Positions 22,184 to 31,205 of a stretch of 64,000 bases of DNA are shown here, piece by piece. A model generated the notes under the pieces. It searched no databases and had not been told where the DNA came from. It worked only from the letters and a program-made list of their open reading frames with translations. Numbering within the stretch: the stretch's first letter is position 1; each line of letters opens with the position of its first letter. The translations under genes were made by a program, and so were the position numbers. The stretch covers positions 232,169-296,168 of the forward strand of contig CAVRJO010000002.1 of the NCBI GenBank assembly GCA_963722255.1, read 5' to 3'. The DNA is from Candidatus Babeliales bacterium. GTDB taxonomy: Bacteria > Babelota > Babeliae > Babelales > JANWKD01.

Positions 22184-22644
22184 TGAAAGGATCTTTCGTG
22201 AAATTAGTACGATTTAGCCTACTATCAATTTTTTTTGCAACTTCTCTCACAAGCCTTAAAGCTATGCAAGGTAAACCGCCATGCGACTTAAGCGCAGTAG
22301 CCAGACCTCAGGACTTAAAATTCCTCGTCGGAGTTAATGCCTATAGCCCTAATCTTTTAAAAATTGACGCTTTAATCAATGCTTTGCTTAAAAGTACATA
22401 TGAGGAAAAAATGGAAGAATTAGGAAAGTTTTCAAATACAGCTCTAGAAAATCTCGTATCAGCTATTGAACGAAATAAAAGTCTTCTTACAATAGATATT
22501 GAACGGAAAAAACATCTTTTTCAAGAAAAAGAAATCCAAGAAAAAATAGAAAATAGAAATCAACTCCGTTTTTTAGAGCTTTTCATACTCGAATATTTCA
22601 TACATCCAAACAAAGATGTCACAGAAGCTGAAAAATCCTTGTAA
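22183..22644 (+). CDS. secreted hypothetical protein, paralog of 22864..23448
   Basis: 153-aa ORF. Leader, then KAMQGKPPCDLSAVARP, a motif shared with the next gene. Confidence 0.6.
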   Translation: MKGSFVKLVRFSLLSIFFATSLTSLKAMQGKPPCDLSAVARPQDLKFLVGVNAYSPNLLKIDALINALLKSTYEEKMEELGKFSNTALENLVSAIERNKSLLTIDIERKKHLFQEKEIQEKIENRNQLRFLELFILEYFIHPNKDVTEAEKSL

Positions 22645-22671
22645 ACTACAGCAAAAAAGTTTATGTACTAC

Positions 22672-22702
22672 AGCCGGCAAGAAATTTCTTGCCGGCTTTT
22701 TT
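22672..22702 (+). terminator. Rho-independent terminator
   Basis: AGCCGGCAAGAAATTTCTTGCCGGCT followed by TTTTT. Confidence 0.8.
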
Positions 22703-22863
22703 ATGTTATACAATCGTATCTGATTTCAATTTTAAAATAATAGGCGTCCTTAAAAACAGTAATTAATATAATAATATTTGTAATTTATTGAACTAGAATA
22801 GAAATATATGCTATACTAAAAAATAATAAAATTATTTACCATTAATAATGTGAGGAGTTTATT

Positions 22864-23448
22864 ATGAAGCTATTTAAAACAACTTTTTTAATAACTGTTT
22901 TAGCTATTTCTTATGTTTCTATAGAAGCGATGGAAGGACAGCCTCCAAGGCAAAATCGACCTCCATGTGATATAAGCGCAGTCGCTCAACCTACTACTAA
23001 AGTACGTCATATTCAATATGGCTGGGAAGGACCAATCGTATACGAGTCTCTCTCACCCTCAGAACTTGAAATTTTAGCACGTAAAAAAGAGCAAGAAGAA
23101 GCCGCTGAAAAAGCCGCAATCGAACGTCAAGAAGCCCGCGCGCTCCATGCAAGAACCATGAAACCATTACAACAAGGCTCGGCCAATGTTCTTATAGAAA
23201 ATTTATTACAAAATCTTGATGACATTGATACAGTCCAAAATGCCGTCAACTCCTACGCATTAGCTATTAAAACATTACTTCTTGATCAAATTGAAACAAA
23301 AAAAGCACTTCTTGATATCAATAACGCAGAAGAAAAAAAGAAAATCGAAGAGCTGAATACTTTAGAATCTATTGTTAATCAAGCTTTAGAAAAAGAAAGC
23401 AAAGAAGCTGCAAAAGAAGAAGAAGAGTCAACGGAAAAAGAACTTTAA
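22864..23448 (+). CDS. secreted coiled-coil hypothetical protein, paralog of 22183..22644
   Basis: 194-aa ORF. Leader, then EAMEGQPPRQNRPPCDISAVAQP. Charged helical C-terminal half. Confidence 0.6.
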   Translation: MKLFKTTFLITVLAISYVSIEAMEGQPPRQNRPPCDISAVAQPTTKVRHIQYGWEGPIVYESLSPSELEILARKKEQEEAAEKAAIERQEARALHARTMKPLQQGSANVLIENLLQNLDDIDTVQNAVNSYALAIKTLLLDQIETKKALLDINNAEEKKKIEELNTLESIVNQALEKESKEAAKEEEESTEKEL

Positions 23449-23480
23449 CAATAAAAATAAAGGCTTGCATAAAATATAAT

Positions 23481-24392
23481 AGACCTCTTCTGAAACTCAT
23501 TTAACCAACTCAAAATTATAGATACCCGCAATAAGATTGAAACGGAGCCCAAATCTTTTTCGTCGATTGCGATATTTGTCAGCAACTATTTTAAAACGTT
23601 TTATCATACCAATTACATGCTCATTTAAAACACGCTGGCTTGATAATTCTCTATTTCGTTGTTTATCTGTTAATGTTAAAGGATTTTTTTTACTTTTTTT
23701 CTTTGGCATAGAAGTATTATTATGAATTTTTTTTAGACCTAAATAACCTGTATCTGTAAGAACTTCAGTAGATTTTGCGAAGTGAATTTTTGAAGTTTTG
23801 AAGAGTTTAAAATCATGTCGTTTACCATCTGAAAAATTTGTACAAACAATTTCTTTTGTTTTTTTGTTTACAACTACCTGAGTTTTTATAGTATGACGTT
23901 TTTTCTTACCGGAATAAAATTTCCGCTGTTTTTTTTAGGACGTTCAATAGGACTTTCAGTTGCATCTATTAAAATAACTTCAAATTCATTATCGCTTTTC
24001 AGTAGCGCTTTTCTGCCAGGCAATCTAAATTCTTTGCTTTGAATAAGAGTATTTTCAACCCATCGTATTGCTTCAAATGCATTGCTTTCAGCAATGCCAT
24101 AACTTGTCGCAATATGAAGATACGTTCGATATTCCCGTATATATTCAAGAGTCATCAAAAGCATTTCTTCAATACTGAGCTTATTTGGACGTCCTCCCTT
24201 TGCCTTTTTTATTTTTTGCGCTTCTTTTAAAATAGAAACCAATACTTCAAATGTTTTTCGTTTTACTCCAGTTACTCTTCTAAAGTTTTTTTCTGATGAA
24301 ATTTTTAATTTTTCATACTTCATAATCGCTTACCCTTTTTTTATAAATCGATTATGATTATGCCATAAAATTTATAGTTTCAGAAGAGGTCT
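23481..24392 (-). mobile_element. IS5-superfamily insertion sequence (912 bp) with perfect 17-bp terminal inverted repeats
   Basis: AGACCTCTTCTGAAACT at 23481..23497 and its reverse complement at 24376..24392. Flanking AAT on both sides (23478..23480, 24393..24395). Transposase inside. Confidence 0.85.
23497..24323 (-). CDS. DDE transposase in two frames joined at an A8 tract (programmed slip, or frameshift/error)
   Basis: ORF 23886..24323 (HTH part, GGRPNKLSIEEMLLMTLEYIREYRTY...DATESPIERPKK). The next frame reads QRKFYSGKKKRHTIKTQVVV...DTGYLG, continuing into ORF 23497..23709 (NEHVIGMIKRFKIVADKYRNRRKRFGLRFNLIAGIYNFE). The switch is at the T8 run (+ strand) 23929..23936. Confidence 0.8.
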
Positions 24393-24412
24393 AATGCAAG
24401 CCTTGGACTATT

Positions 24413-25803
24413 CTATAACTCAGACTTCAACTTCTGAATGCACTTATTAATCTTTCCAGCGCCTTGCAATAACACTAAATCATCAGGTTCAACAATAGAA
24501 TCTAAATAGTTTTTAATACCGCTAAATTCAGTATCATAAGGAATATAGGTTATTCTATATCCCGGTTTTAAAGCTTCTAATTCACGCGCAAATCGTTCAG
24601 CAGTAATATCTGCAATCGGCAATTCACTTGCTGCATAAATATCAGTTACCACCAAATTATCTAAAGGAAAATCTTTAAAGGTTTCTAAAAACAGATTCCA
24701 TAGTTTATCAGTTCTTGTATACCGATGAGGCTCAAAAACAACGGTTAATTTCTTTTTTTTCTTTTATAAGCAACGGCAATAGTATTTTTTATCTCTTCTG
24801 GATGATGCCCATAATCATCAAAAAGTTCAGCACCTTTATATAATCCGTTATAACTAAAGCGTCGTTCAACGCCTTTAAATGATTCCAGTGCTTTTTGAAT
24901 AACATCACAAGAGATTTCCAATTCCAAAGCGAGTGCAATAGCAGCTAAACTATTTAAAACGTTATGACGGCCTGGCATATTTGTTGTAAATAGCCCCAAG
25001 AACTCATTTTTATAATATAATGAAAACTGTGAATGATCCGATTCAAGCACAACTTCTTGAGCATAACAATCGGCCCAGCTTTCAAATCCATAGGTAATTG
25101 TTTTACTATGCGTTAAAGGTAACAATGATCGAACCTGTTCATTATCAACACACACTATAGCAACACCATAAAATGGTAAGTTATCTAAAAATTGTTTAAA
25201 AGTCGCTTTAATATCATCAATATCTTTATAGGTATCTAAATGCTCCAAATTAATATTGGTCACTACCGCAATTGTTGCTTGTAAATGCACCAATGAACGA
25301 TCACTCTCATCTGCTTCTGCAACTAAAAAATCTCCTAATCCAAACTGTGCATTCGTTGAAATAGTTTTTAATCGACCGCCAATAATTACGGTAGGGTCCT
25401 TTTGTGCTTCAATAAGAATATGGGATATCAATGATGTTGTCGTCGTTTTACCATGGCTTCCGGCAATAGCGATACTATATTTGGTACGCATTAATTCTGC
25501 TAACATCAATGCACGTGGGATCGTGGGTATTTTTCTTTCTTGTGCCGCAACAATCTCCGGATTATCTGCTTGAATTGCAGAAGAATAGACCAAAACATCA
25601 ATTGAATGATCTTTACATGCTGAGGAATTATTTCCCTGATAAATAGTACACCCTATACTTTCTAAATCATGGATACTTTGTTGATCGACATCATTATCGC
25701 ATCCTGATATTATATAGCCTTGGTAGCGCAAAATCTTTGCAATACCACTCATGCCTATACCACCAATGCCAATAAAATGCACGTGAACTTTTTTTCTATA
25801 CAT
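24413..25803 (-). pseudogene. murC: UDP-N-acetylmuramate--L-alanine ligase, split by a frameshift in an A8 tract
   Basis: ORF 24745..25803 (HFIGIGGIGMSGIA...AGSHGKTTTTSLI...). Continuation KKLTVVFEPHRYTRTDKLW...VVTDIYAASE runs into ORF 24413..24655. The frame changes at the T8 run (+ strand) 24753..24760. Confidence 0.85.
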
Positions 25804-25904
25804 TCATTTTCCTAATCTGTAATAATTCTGTAATTCCTTTTAAAATAACAAAAATATACAGATGAGAAAACTAATAAAAGACGACAAAGTACAAAAAAAA
25901 TAAA

Positions 25905-26273
25905 CTACAGCATTTCTCGAAACTTAATAAGCTTTTTTTGTAACTCAACAAGGTCGCTCATAATTGATAATGGCTTTTCATGAACTTTACTTACAACCGA
26001 TTCATTATCCATTGTTGTCATTTCTGCGACCGTATATGATTTCTCATTTTTTAATGCCTCTTTTGCACCTGCAATAGTAAATTTTTTGTCATATAAGAGT
26101 TCTTTTATCTTCTGAAAAGCCGAAAGATGTTTTTGATCATAAAAGCGTTGCCCACCTTCAGAACGCGAAGCCTTTATATTAAACTCTTTTTCCCAAAAAC
26201 GAATAACAAATGATTCAACATTTAAATTATGCGCTAATTGACCTATACGAAAGCGTTGTTTACCCATTTTCAT
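25905..26273 (-). CDS. MerR-family transcriptional regulator
   Basis: 122-aa ORF. N-terminal HTH FRIGQLAHNLNVESFVIRFWEKEF...GGQRFYDQKHL, then a coiled-coil tail. Confidence 0.7.
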   Translation of the reverse strand: MKMGKQRFRIGQLAHNLNVESFVIRFWEKEFNIKASRSEGGQRFYDQKHLSAFQKIKELLYDKKFTIAGAKEALKNEKSYTVAEMTTMDNESVVSKVHEKPLSIMSDLVELQKKLIKFREML

Positions 26274-26422
26274 TTTTTTACTCCTTTTGTAACATTAATC
26301 AATTTTATCATTCATTACATCTCTCTAGTACAAACTAATTTCCTTCTAGCCCAAAAAGCAATTCTTTGCTATCTTAAGCATGTCCAATTAAAGCAAAAAC
26401 GTATAAATAAAGGTTTATCTGT

Positions 26423-27997
26423 ATGAATTTTAAAGAACTTCTTGTTCCCTTATCATTAGCGCTTATTACCACATGGGCGTTTCAATACTTTTTTAGTGCA
26501 CGCAAAACTGGTCTTGAGCCAAAGACAGAACAAACAGTTTCCTCAGGCATGTTTGTTAAAGCGCCTAAGGACACGCATATTGAAGTTCACCAACCCCTTA
26601 AACTTGAAGTCAATTTCATTGAAAAATCTCCAACAAAGAAACCTGCCACTACTAAAGTAGAAACAGATCAAGTTCGTTACATTTTTTCAAGCGAAGGTGC
26701 TTCACTTGAAAGCCTTGAGTTTAAACGTAAATGGGGAGGCAAAGAAAGTTATCTCAATACCATTTTCCCTCCAAATAGTGCCGATCGAGAACAACGCTGC
26801 TTTCTTGTAGCACTCGACGCTAATACTCCCTACCATTTTGACCTCATTAAGCAAAGCCAGGATGATGAAACAGCCCATTTAGTCTATCAAGCGACATTTC
26901 CTGAAGGCACTCTTACTAAAGAATTTTCGGTATTCAAGCATGAATTTCGTATAGATTTGATCATTACTCTTTCCCCCGCACAAGGACTACAAGGGACTTT
27001 ACAACCGCGTATATCGTTTCCTTCCCCTTTGGTGCCACAGCTGGGTAAAGATGATTGGATAAAAGGAATTGTTGCTGATGCAAACAACAAAATTCATCTC
27101 TATGAAAAAACCGAAGATATTTTAACAGGATACTGGACAAAGCCGTCTCTTTTTGGAACTCAAGACCGTTACTTTATTAATGCTTTATATGCTGACCATA
27201 ATAACTTCATACAGCGGGCATATTACAAAGTTTTTGATTTAGAGAATATGTATTCAATTCTTGAAGGAACACCCGTTTCTACTGCTGCTACATGGAAACT
27301 TTCCTTCTATTTTGGTCCTAAAGAAGATCATGCAATAAAAAAAGTTGATGAACGATTAACGCAAGTACTCAATTATGGTTGGCTTGCCCCAATTTCAAGA
27401 CCGGTTTCAAAAATTTTACTGGATATTCTCAACGTTATTAATGATTATGTTCATAATTATGGTATTGCAATAATTATTTTAACATTACTTATGAAGCTCC
27501 TTATGCTTCCGTTTACATTCCGTAGTGAGCAAGGAATGAAAAAACGTGCCGAATTCCAAAAGAAGCTTAACTATATCCAAACAAAGCATAAAAATGATAA
27601 AGAAGCCTTAGATCTTGCACGTGCAGATTTAGTACGTAAACATGGTATGCCAGGCCTCGCAGGTTGTCTGCCAATTTTATTGCAAATTCCATTGTTTATA
27701 GCCCTAAGTTGGGTTTTGGGAAATTCAATAGAACTCTATATGTCACCATTCTTATGGATTAAAGATCTATCGGCTGCTGACCCCTATTATATTTTGCCAA
27801 TTCTGCTTGGTATATCGATGTTGTTTCATAATCCTACTCAAACAACTGATCCTAAACAGAAAATTTCAGTATTTGCCATGGCAATTATTTTTGCTGCATT
27901 TACTACAAGTTTATCAGCCGGATTAGTGCTCTATATTCTTACCAGCACACTTCTTGGTATTTTACAAACAACCATTGCACGTAGATTTCCTGTATGA
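26423..27997 (+). CDS. yidC: membrane protein insertase YidC (long form with periplasmic domain)
   Basis: 524-aa ORF. N-terminal TM, about 300-aa soluble domain, then a C-terminal 5-TM core (LLMKLLMLPFTFRSEQGMKKRAEFQKKL...GCLPILLQIPLFIAL). Confidence 0.85.
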   Translation: MNFKELLVPLSLALITTWAFQYFFSARKTGLEPKTEQTVSSGMFVKAPKDTHIEVHQPLKLEVNFIEKSPTKKPATTKVETDQVRYIFSSEGASLESLEFKRKWGGKESYLNTIFPPNSADREQRCFLVALDANTPYHFDLIKQSQDDETAHLVYQATFPEGTLTKEFSVFKHEFRIDLIITLSPAQGLQGTLQPRISFPSPLVPQLGKDDWIKGIVADANNKIHLYEKTEDILTGYWTKPSLFGTQDRYFINALYADHNNFIQRAYYKVFDLENMYSILEGTPVSTAATWKLSFYFGPKEDHAIKKVDERLTQVLNYGWLAPISRPVSKILLDILNVINDYVHNYGIAIIILTLLMKLLMLPFTFRSEQGMKKRAEFQKKLNYIQTKHKNDKEALDLARADLVRKHGMPGLAGCLPILLQIPLFIALSWVLGNSIELYMSPFLWIKDLSAADPYYILPILLGISMLFHNPTQTTDPKQKISVFAMAIIFAAFTTSLSAGLVLYILTSTLLGILQTTIARRFPV

Positions 27998-28593
27998 TTG
28001 AACATTTGCCAACATTAGTACAACTCATAAGGCACTTACAACAAGTGCCTTATCTTGCCTCAAAAAATATTTATCGAGTTGCTGATTATATCGTTTCGTT
28101 AGACCCACAAAAAGCTGAGCAGCTTTGCAAAGCAATCCTTGATGCAAAAAAAAATATCATTCAATGTAATGAATGTTGCAGCTGGCAAGAAATAAATAAA
28201 AATTGCGTATATTGTAGTTCGCCAAAACGAGACCGTTCCATTATTTGTGTTGTTGAAACATGGCAAGAACTTATCAGTATAGAAAAAACTGCAGGATATC
28301 AAGGTGTGTATCACGTTTTGGGAGGCGTAATAAGCCCGCTTGATGGCATTGGGCCAGAGGATTTAACTATTGATCATTTGGTACAACGCATCAATGATTC
28401 AACCAAAGAGATTATTCTTGCAACCAATCAAACCCCTGAAGGCGAAGCAACGGCTGCATTTATCGCAAGTAAGCTTAAAAAATTTCCGGTCATTATTTCA
28501 TGTTTAGCTCGCGGTATTCCTGTCGGATCCTCGCTTGAATATATTGATAAATTAACCGTCTATAAGGCACTTTCTGAACGTCGTCCTTTTTAA
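27994..28593 (+). CDS. recR: recombination protein RecR
   Basis: 199-aa ORF. Cys4 finger CNECCSW...CVYCSS and a Toprim region ICVVETWQELISIEKTAGYQGVYHVLGG. ATGA overlap with yidC. Confidence 0.9.
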   Translation: MIEHLPTLVQLIRHLQQVPYLASKNIYRVADYIVSLDPQKAEQLCKAILDAKKNIIQCNECCSWQEINKNCVYCSSPKRDRSIICVVETWQELISIEKTAGYQGVYHVLGGVISPLDGIGPEDLTIDHLVQRINDSTKEIILATNQTPEGEATAAFIASKLKKFPVIISCLARGIPVGSSLEYIDKLTVYKALSERRPF

Positions 28594-28668
28594 ATCATAT
28601 AATTTGATTGTAATTGCATAAGAGTTTTTGTATCTTCTTACTAAATAAAAATAGAACAGGAGATCGAA

Positions 28669-29556
28669 ATGAAAAAACTTATGCTCATTATAGTTACCTT
28701 AGCATTAACAATTCCCTATAAAAATTACCCAATGGAAACTCTTACTGCCCTTCCCTCATATTGTTATGAGTATTTCAAAACATGTGATCTTACCAAAACT
28801 ATTCTTGTTGCAACGGTTGGCATATTGGTCATTGACAAATTTTATCCTATTTTTCCAAGAAAAAAACAAATAGTGCAACCATCCCCGACATTTGATCGAA
28901 CAGAAATGATCGAACAAATTAATAGCAAAATAAACGAATATTCAGAAATTATAGCAATGCCTACAATTGCGGGAGTTATTGAAAGATTAAATGATTACGT
29001 ATCTTTACAAACTTTTAATGAGAAGGTCAGTTTCTTTGAACAAGAAAATAATGGAGTACAACAATATCTCAGAGATCATGATTACAAATCGGAGATAGAA
29101 AGAATTTCTATAGCAATTGAGGCTTTTACCAAACCGCCTCGAATACAACTTCCTTTACCAAAGGATTCATTGGAGATGTATGAAGTTGTTGGTAATAAAG
29201 ACATAGAATTTCAGCTTAAAACATTCCGTGCAGAACTTGCAGAATATCAAAAAACAGCTAATTCAATCCAAGGTTATTTAGAACTAATTAGTGAACAAGG
29301 AAAAGCTACCACACCGCGCACGTATACAAGTGACGACGATAACAATAATAGTACAATACTAGGTTTTATTGCTGAAGAAGAAGAAGAAGAAGAAAACAAC
29401 GAGCCTCCTTTTGGAACATTAGTCCCACCTCTTAAGCTTGAAGATCTTAAATTAAATAGTTCTGCAAGTCTAAAAGTGGATGAATCTAATCAGAATAGCC
29501 CTACTTCTGTAACTCCGGCACCTAATTCATATTCATATGTGCACATAAGTAACTAA
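28669..29556 (+). CDS. hypothetical exported/anchored protein with acidic C-terminal tract
   Basis: 295-aa ORF. N-terminal leader, a second hydrophobic segment, and a poly-E run AEEEEEEENNEPP. Confidence 0.55.
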   Translation: MKKLMLIIVTLALTIPYKNYPMETLTALPSYCYEYFKTCDLTKTILVATVGILVIDKFYPIFPRKKQIVQPSPTFDRTEMIEQINSKINEYSEIIAMPTIAGVIERLNDYVSLQTFNEKVSFFEQENNGVQQYLRDHDYKSEIERISIAIEAFTKPPRIQLPLPKDSLEMYEVVGNKDIEFQLKTFRAELAEYQKTANSIQGYLELISEQGKATTPRTYTSDDDNNNSTILGFIAEEEEEEENNEPPFGTLVPPLKLEDLKLNSSASLKVDESNQNSPTSVTPAPNSYSYVHISN

Positions 29557-30152
29557 TCTACTTTACCAACAGCATCAATCTTTTTACCAAGAATGATGAA
29601 AAAGATAATAGAAAATAAGTAGCTAACAATGTATTGAAAAATATGCATTCTTAAAATCCCTGCTTTCAAGGCCGGACTTGTTTTTATAATTGTTTCAGTT
29701 GAACTTTTTACTACTGTTATATTTTCGGCATTGGTAAAATCCCTAATAGCCTGTAATACCACAGGATAATAGTGTATACTGACCAACAGCCCAACTATCA
29801 AAACAAAAATCGTTCCAAGTAATAAATAAACACCTAAACGAATGCCAACCGGAAATCCCAAACAAATAAACCGTTCTATAAAATTTTTATTATCATTTTT
29901 TTGATTTATATAAAAACAATGCTGAAATCCCCACACAAGAATACCCACTTGAACACCAAAAAAAAGAGGCTTAATAAGCATTTCATACGGATTCACCGGC
30001 GTAAATGTAGAGGCTTGTTGAAAGGCAAAGAGCTGTAAAAAAGAGGTAGCCAACAAATACCTCATTTTCTCAACCTCTGTAACAATATCAGCGCGTAAAT
30101 CTTTAACTAACTGATCAACATTCCAAAAATAAAACATATAATCTCCTTTCAA
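29553..30152 (-). CDS. hypothetical integral membrane protein
   Basis: 199-aa ORF with about 4-5 hydrophobic segments. Its end overlaps the convergent neighbour by 4 nt. Confidence 0.55.
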   Translation of the reverse strand: MKGDYMFYFWNVDQLVKDLRADIVTEVEKMRYLLATSFLQLFAFQQASTFTPVNPYEMLIKPLFFGVQVGILVWGFQHCFYINQKNDNKNFIERFICLGFPVGIRLGVYLLLGTIFVLIVGLLVSIHYYPVVLQAIRDFTNAENITVVKSSTETIIKTSPALKAGILRMHIFQYIVSYLFSIIFFIILGKKIDAVGKVD

Positions 30153-30161
30153 AAAATATCA

Positions 30162-30413
30162 TTAGTGAGGAAAATCTTTTGATTCAGCCCAAGCATCATC
30201 ATTATACATAGAACAGTTACATGCCCGAACACATTCATCAGAAACAAAACGTCCTGCTTTGCAACATTGGGCACAATCAATTTCCGTAAAAGGACAACTA
30301 CCATCGACACACTCAGTTCTAATTTGTAGTATAGAAAATGATTGTACTATCAAAAAACCTACTATAACTATTTTTTTTACAAAATTTTTCATCGTAACAC
30401 TCCTTCTTTTCAA
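30162..30413 (-). CDS. small secreted cysteine-rich protein
   Basis: 83-aa ORF. Leader, then 10 Cys in about 45 aa (ECVDGSCPFTEIDCAQCCKAGRFVSDECVRACNCS). Confidence 0.55.
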   Translation of the reverse strand: MKRRSVTMKNFVKKIVIVGFLIVQSFSILQIRTECVDGSCPFTEIDCAQCCKAGRFVSDECVRACNCSMYNDDAWAESKDFPH

Positions 30414-30610
30414 ACTTAATTAATTCTTTTGAGTATTATAAGCAATACCCTTCCAGTCTCAATAGTACCAAAATTAAAATTCAAATATCAATAGTTTTAA
30501 AAAATATTTATTTATATAATTCCTTGCAGTATTGATACATCACCCTTGCTTTTGGTATCTTAATAATGATCACAGTGATCATTTTGTACCTTAATAAAGG
30601 AGTAATTATC

Positions 30611-31111
30611 ATGAAAAGAATACTGTTATTACTATTTTTTACCCTTCTATCCTTTACACAAATCTCTTCTAGAGATAGCTTTGCAGGCGGATTTATTGGT
30701 GGATTTAGCGGAAGTTTTATTGGTAATGCTATAAGCCAACCCCGACAATCACGTAGCGAATGCGTTTATCAGCAACCGGTACAAACACGCGTCGTTGAAG
30801 TTCATAAACCAACATACGTTGTACAAGAACCCCGACAAAACTATAGAAAAAAAGAAAAGAGAAGACGACGCCAACAAGAAGAAGATATATTACGCGAACA
30901 AAGATTGCGAGAAATTGCAAACAAGCGACCTGCACGTGAACGCACTGCATTTACTGAACCCTCTGTTGAACAGCGAATGCAAGAGTTAGCTTGTAAAGAA
31001 AAAGAAGTTGAAGCTAAAAAGTTAGAAGCAGAGCTTGCCAAGGTGCAAGCAGAAAATGCGCAACTCAAACTTAAACTACAACAGAACGAGATGAGAGAAT
31101 CCAAGAAATAA
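30611..31111 (+). CDS. secreted glycine-zipper / basic coiled-coil hypothetical protein
   Basis: Preferred start is ATG 30611, preceded by AAAGGAG. MKRILLLLFFTLLSFTQISS, GGFIGGFSGSFIGNAIS, then KKEKRRRRQQEED... The track ORF starts earlier, at 30566. Confidence 0.55.
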   Translation: MKRILLLLFFTLLSFTQISSRDSFAGGFIGGFSGSFIGNAISQPRQSRSECVYQQPVQTRVVEVHKPTYVVQEPRQNYRKKEKRRRRQQEEDILREQRLREIANKRPARERTAFTEPSVEQRMQELACKEKEVEAKKLEAELAKVQAENAQLKLKLQQNEMRESKK

Positions 31112-31205
31112 ATAGTTTCTTTTTTGACAACATTCCCAAGATTTTGATAAAGTTATGCCCAATTATTAGTGTGCAACAAAAAAAATTTTGGGAGCGTTTG
31201 TTTAT

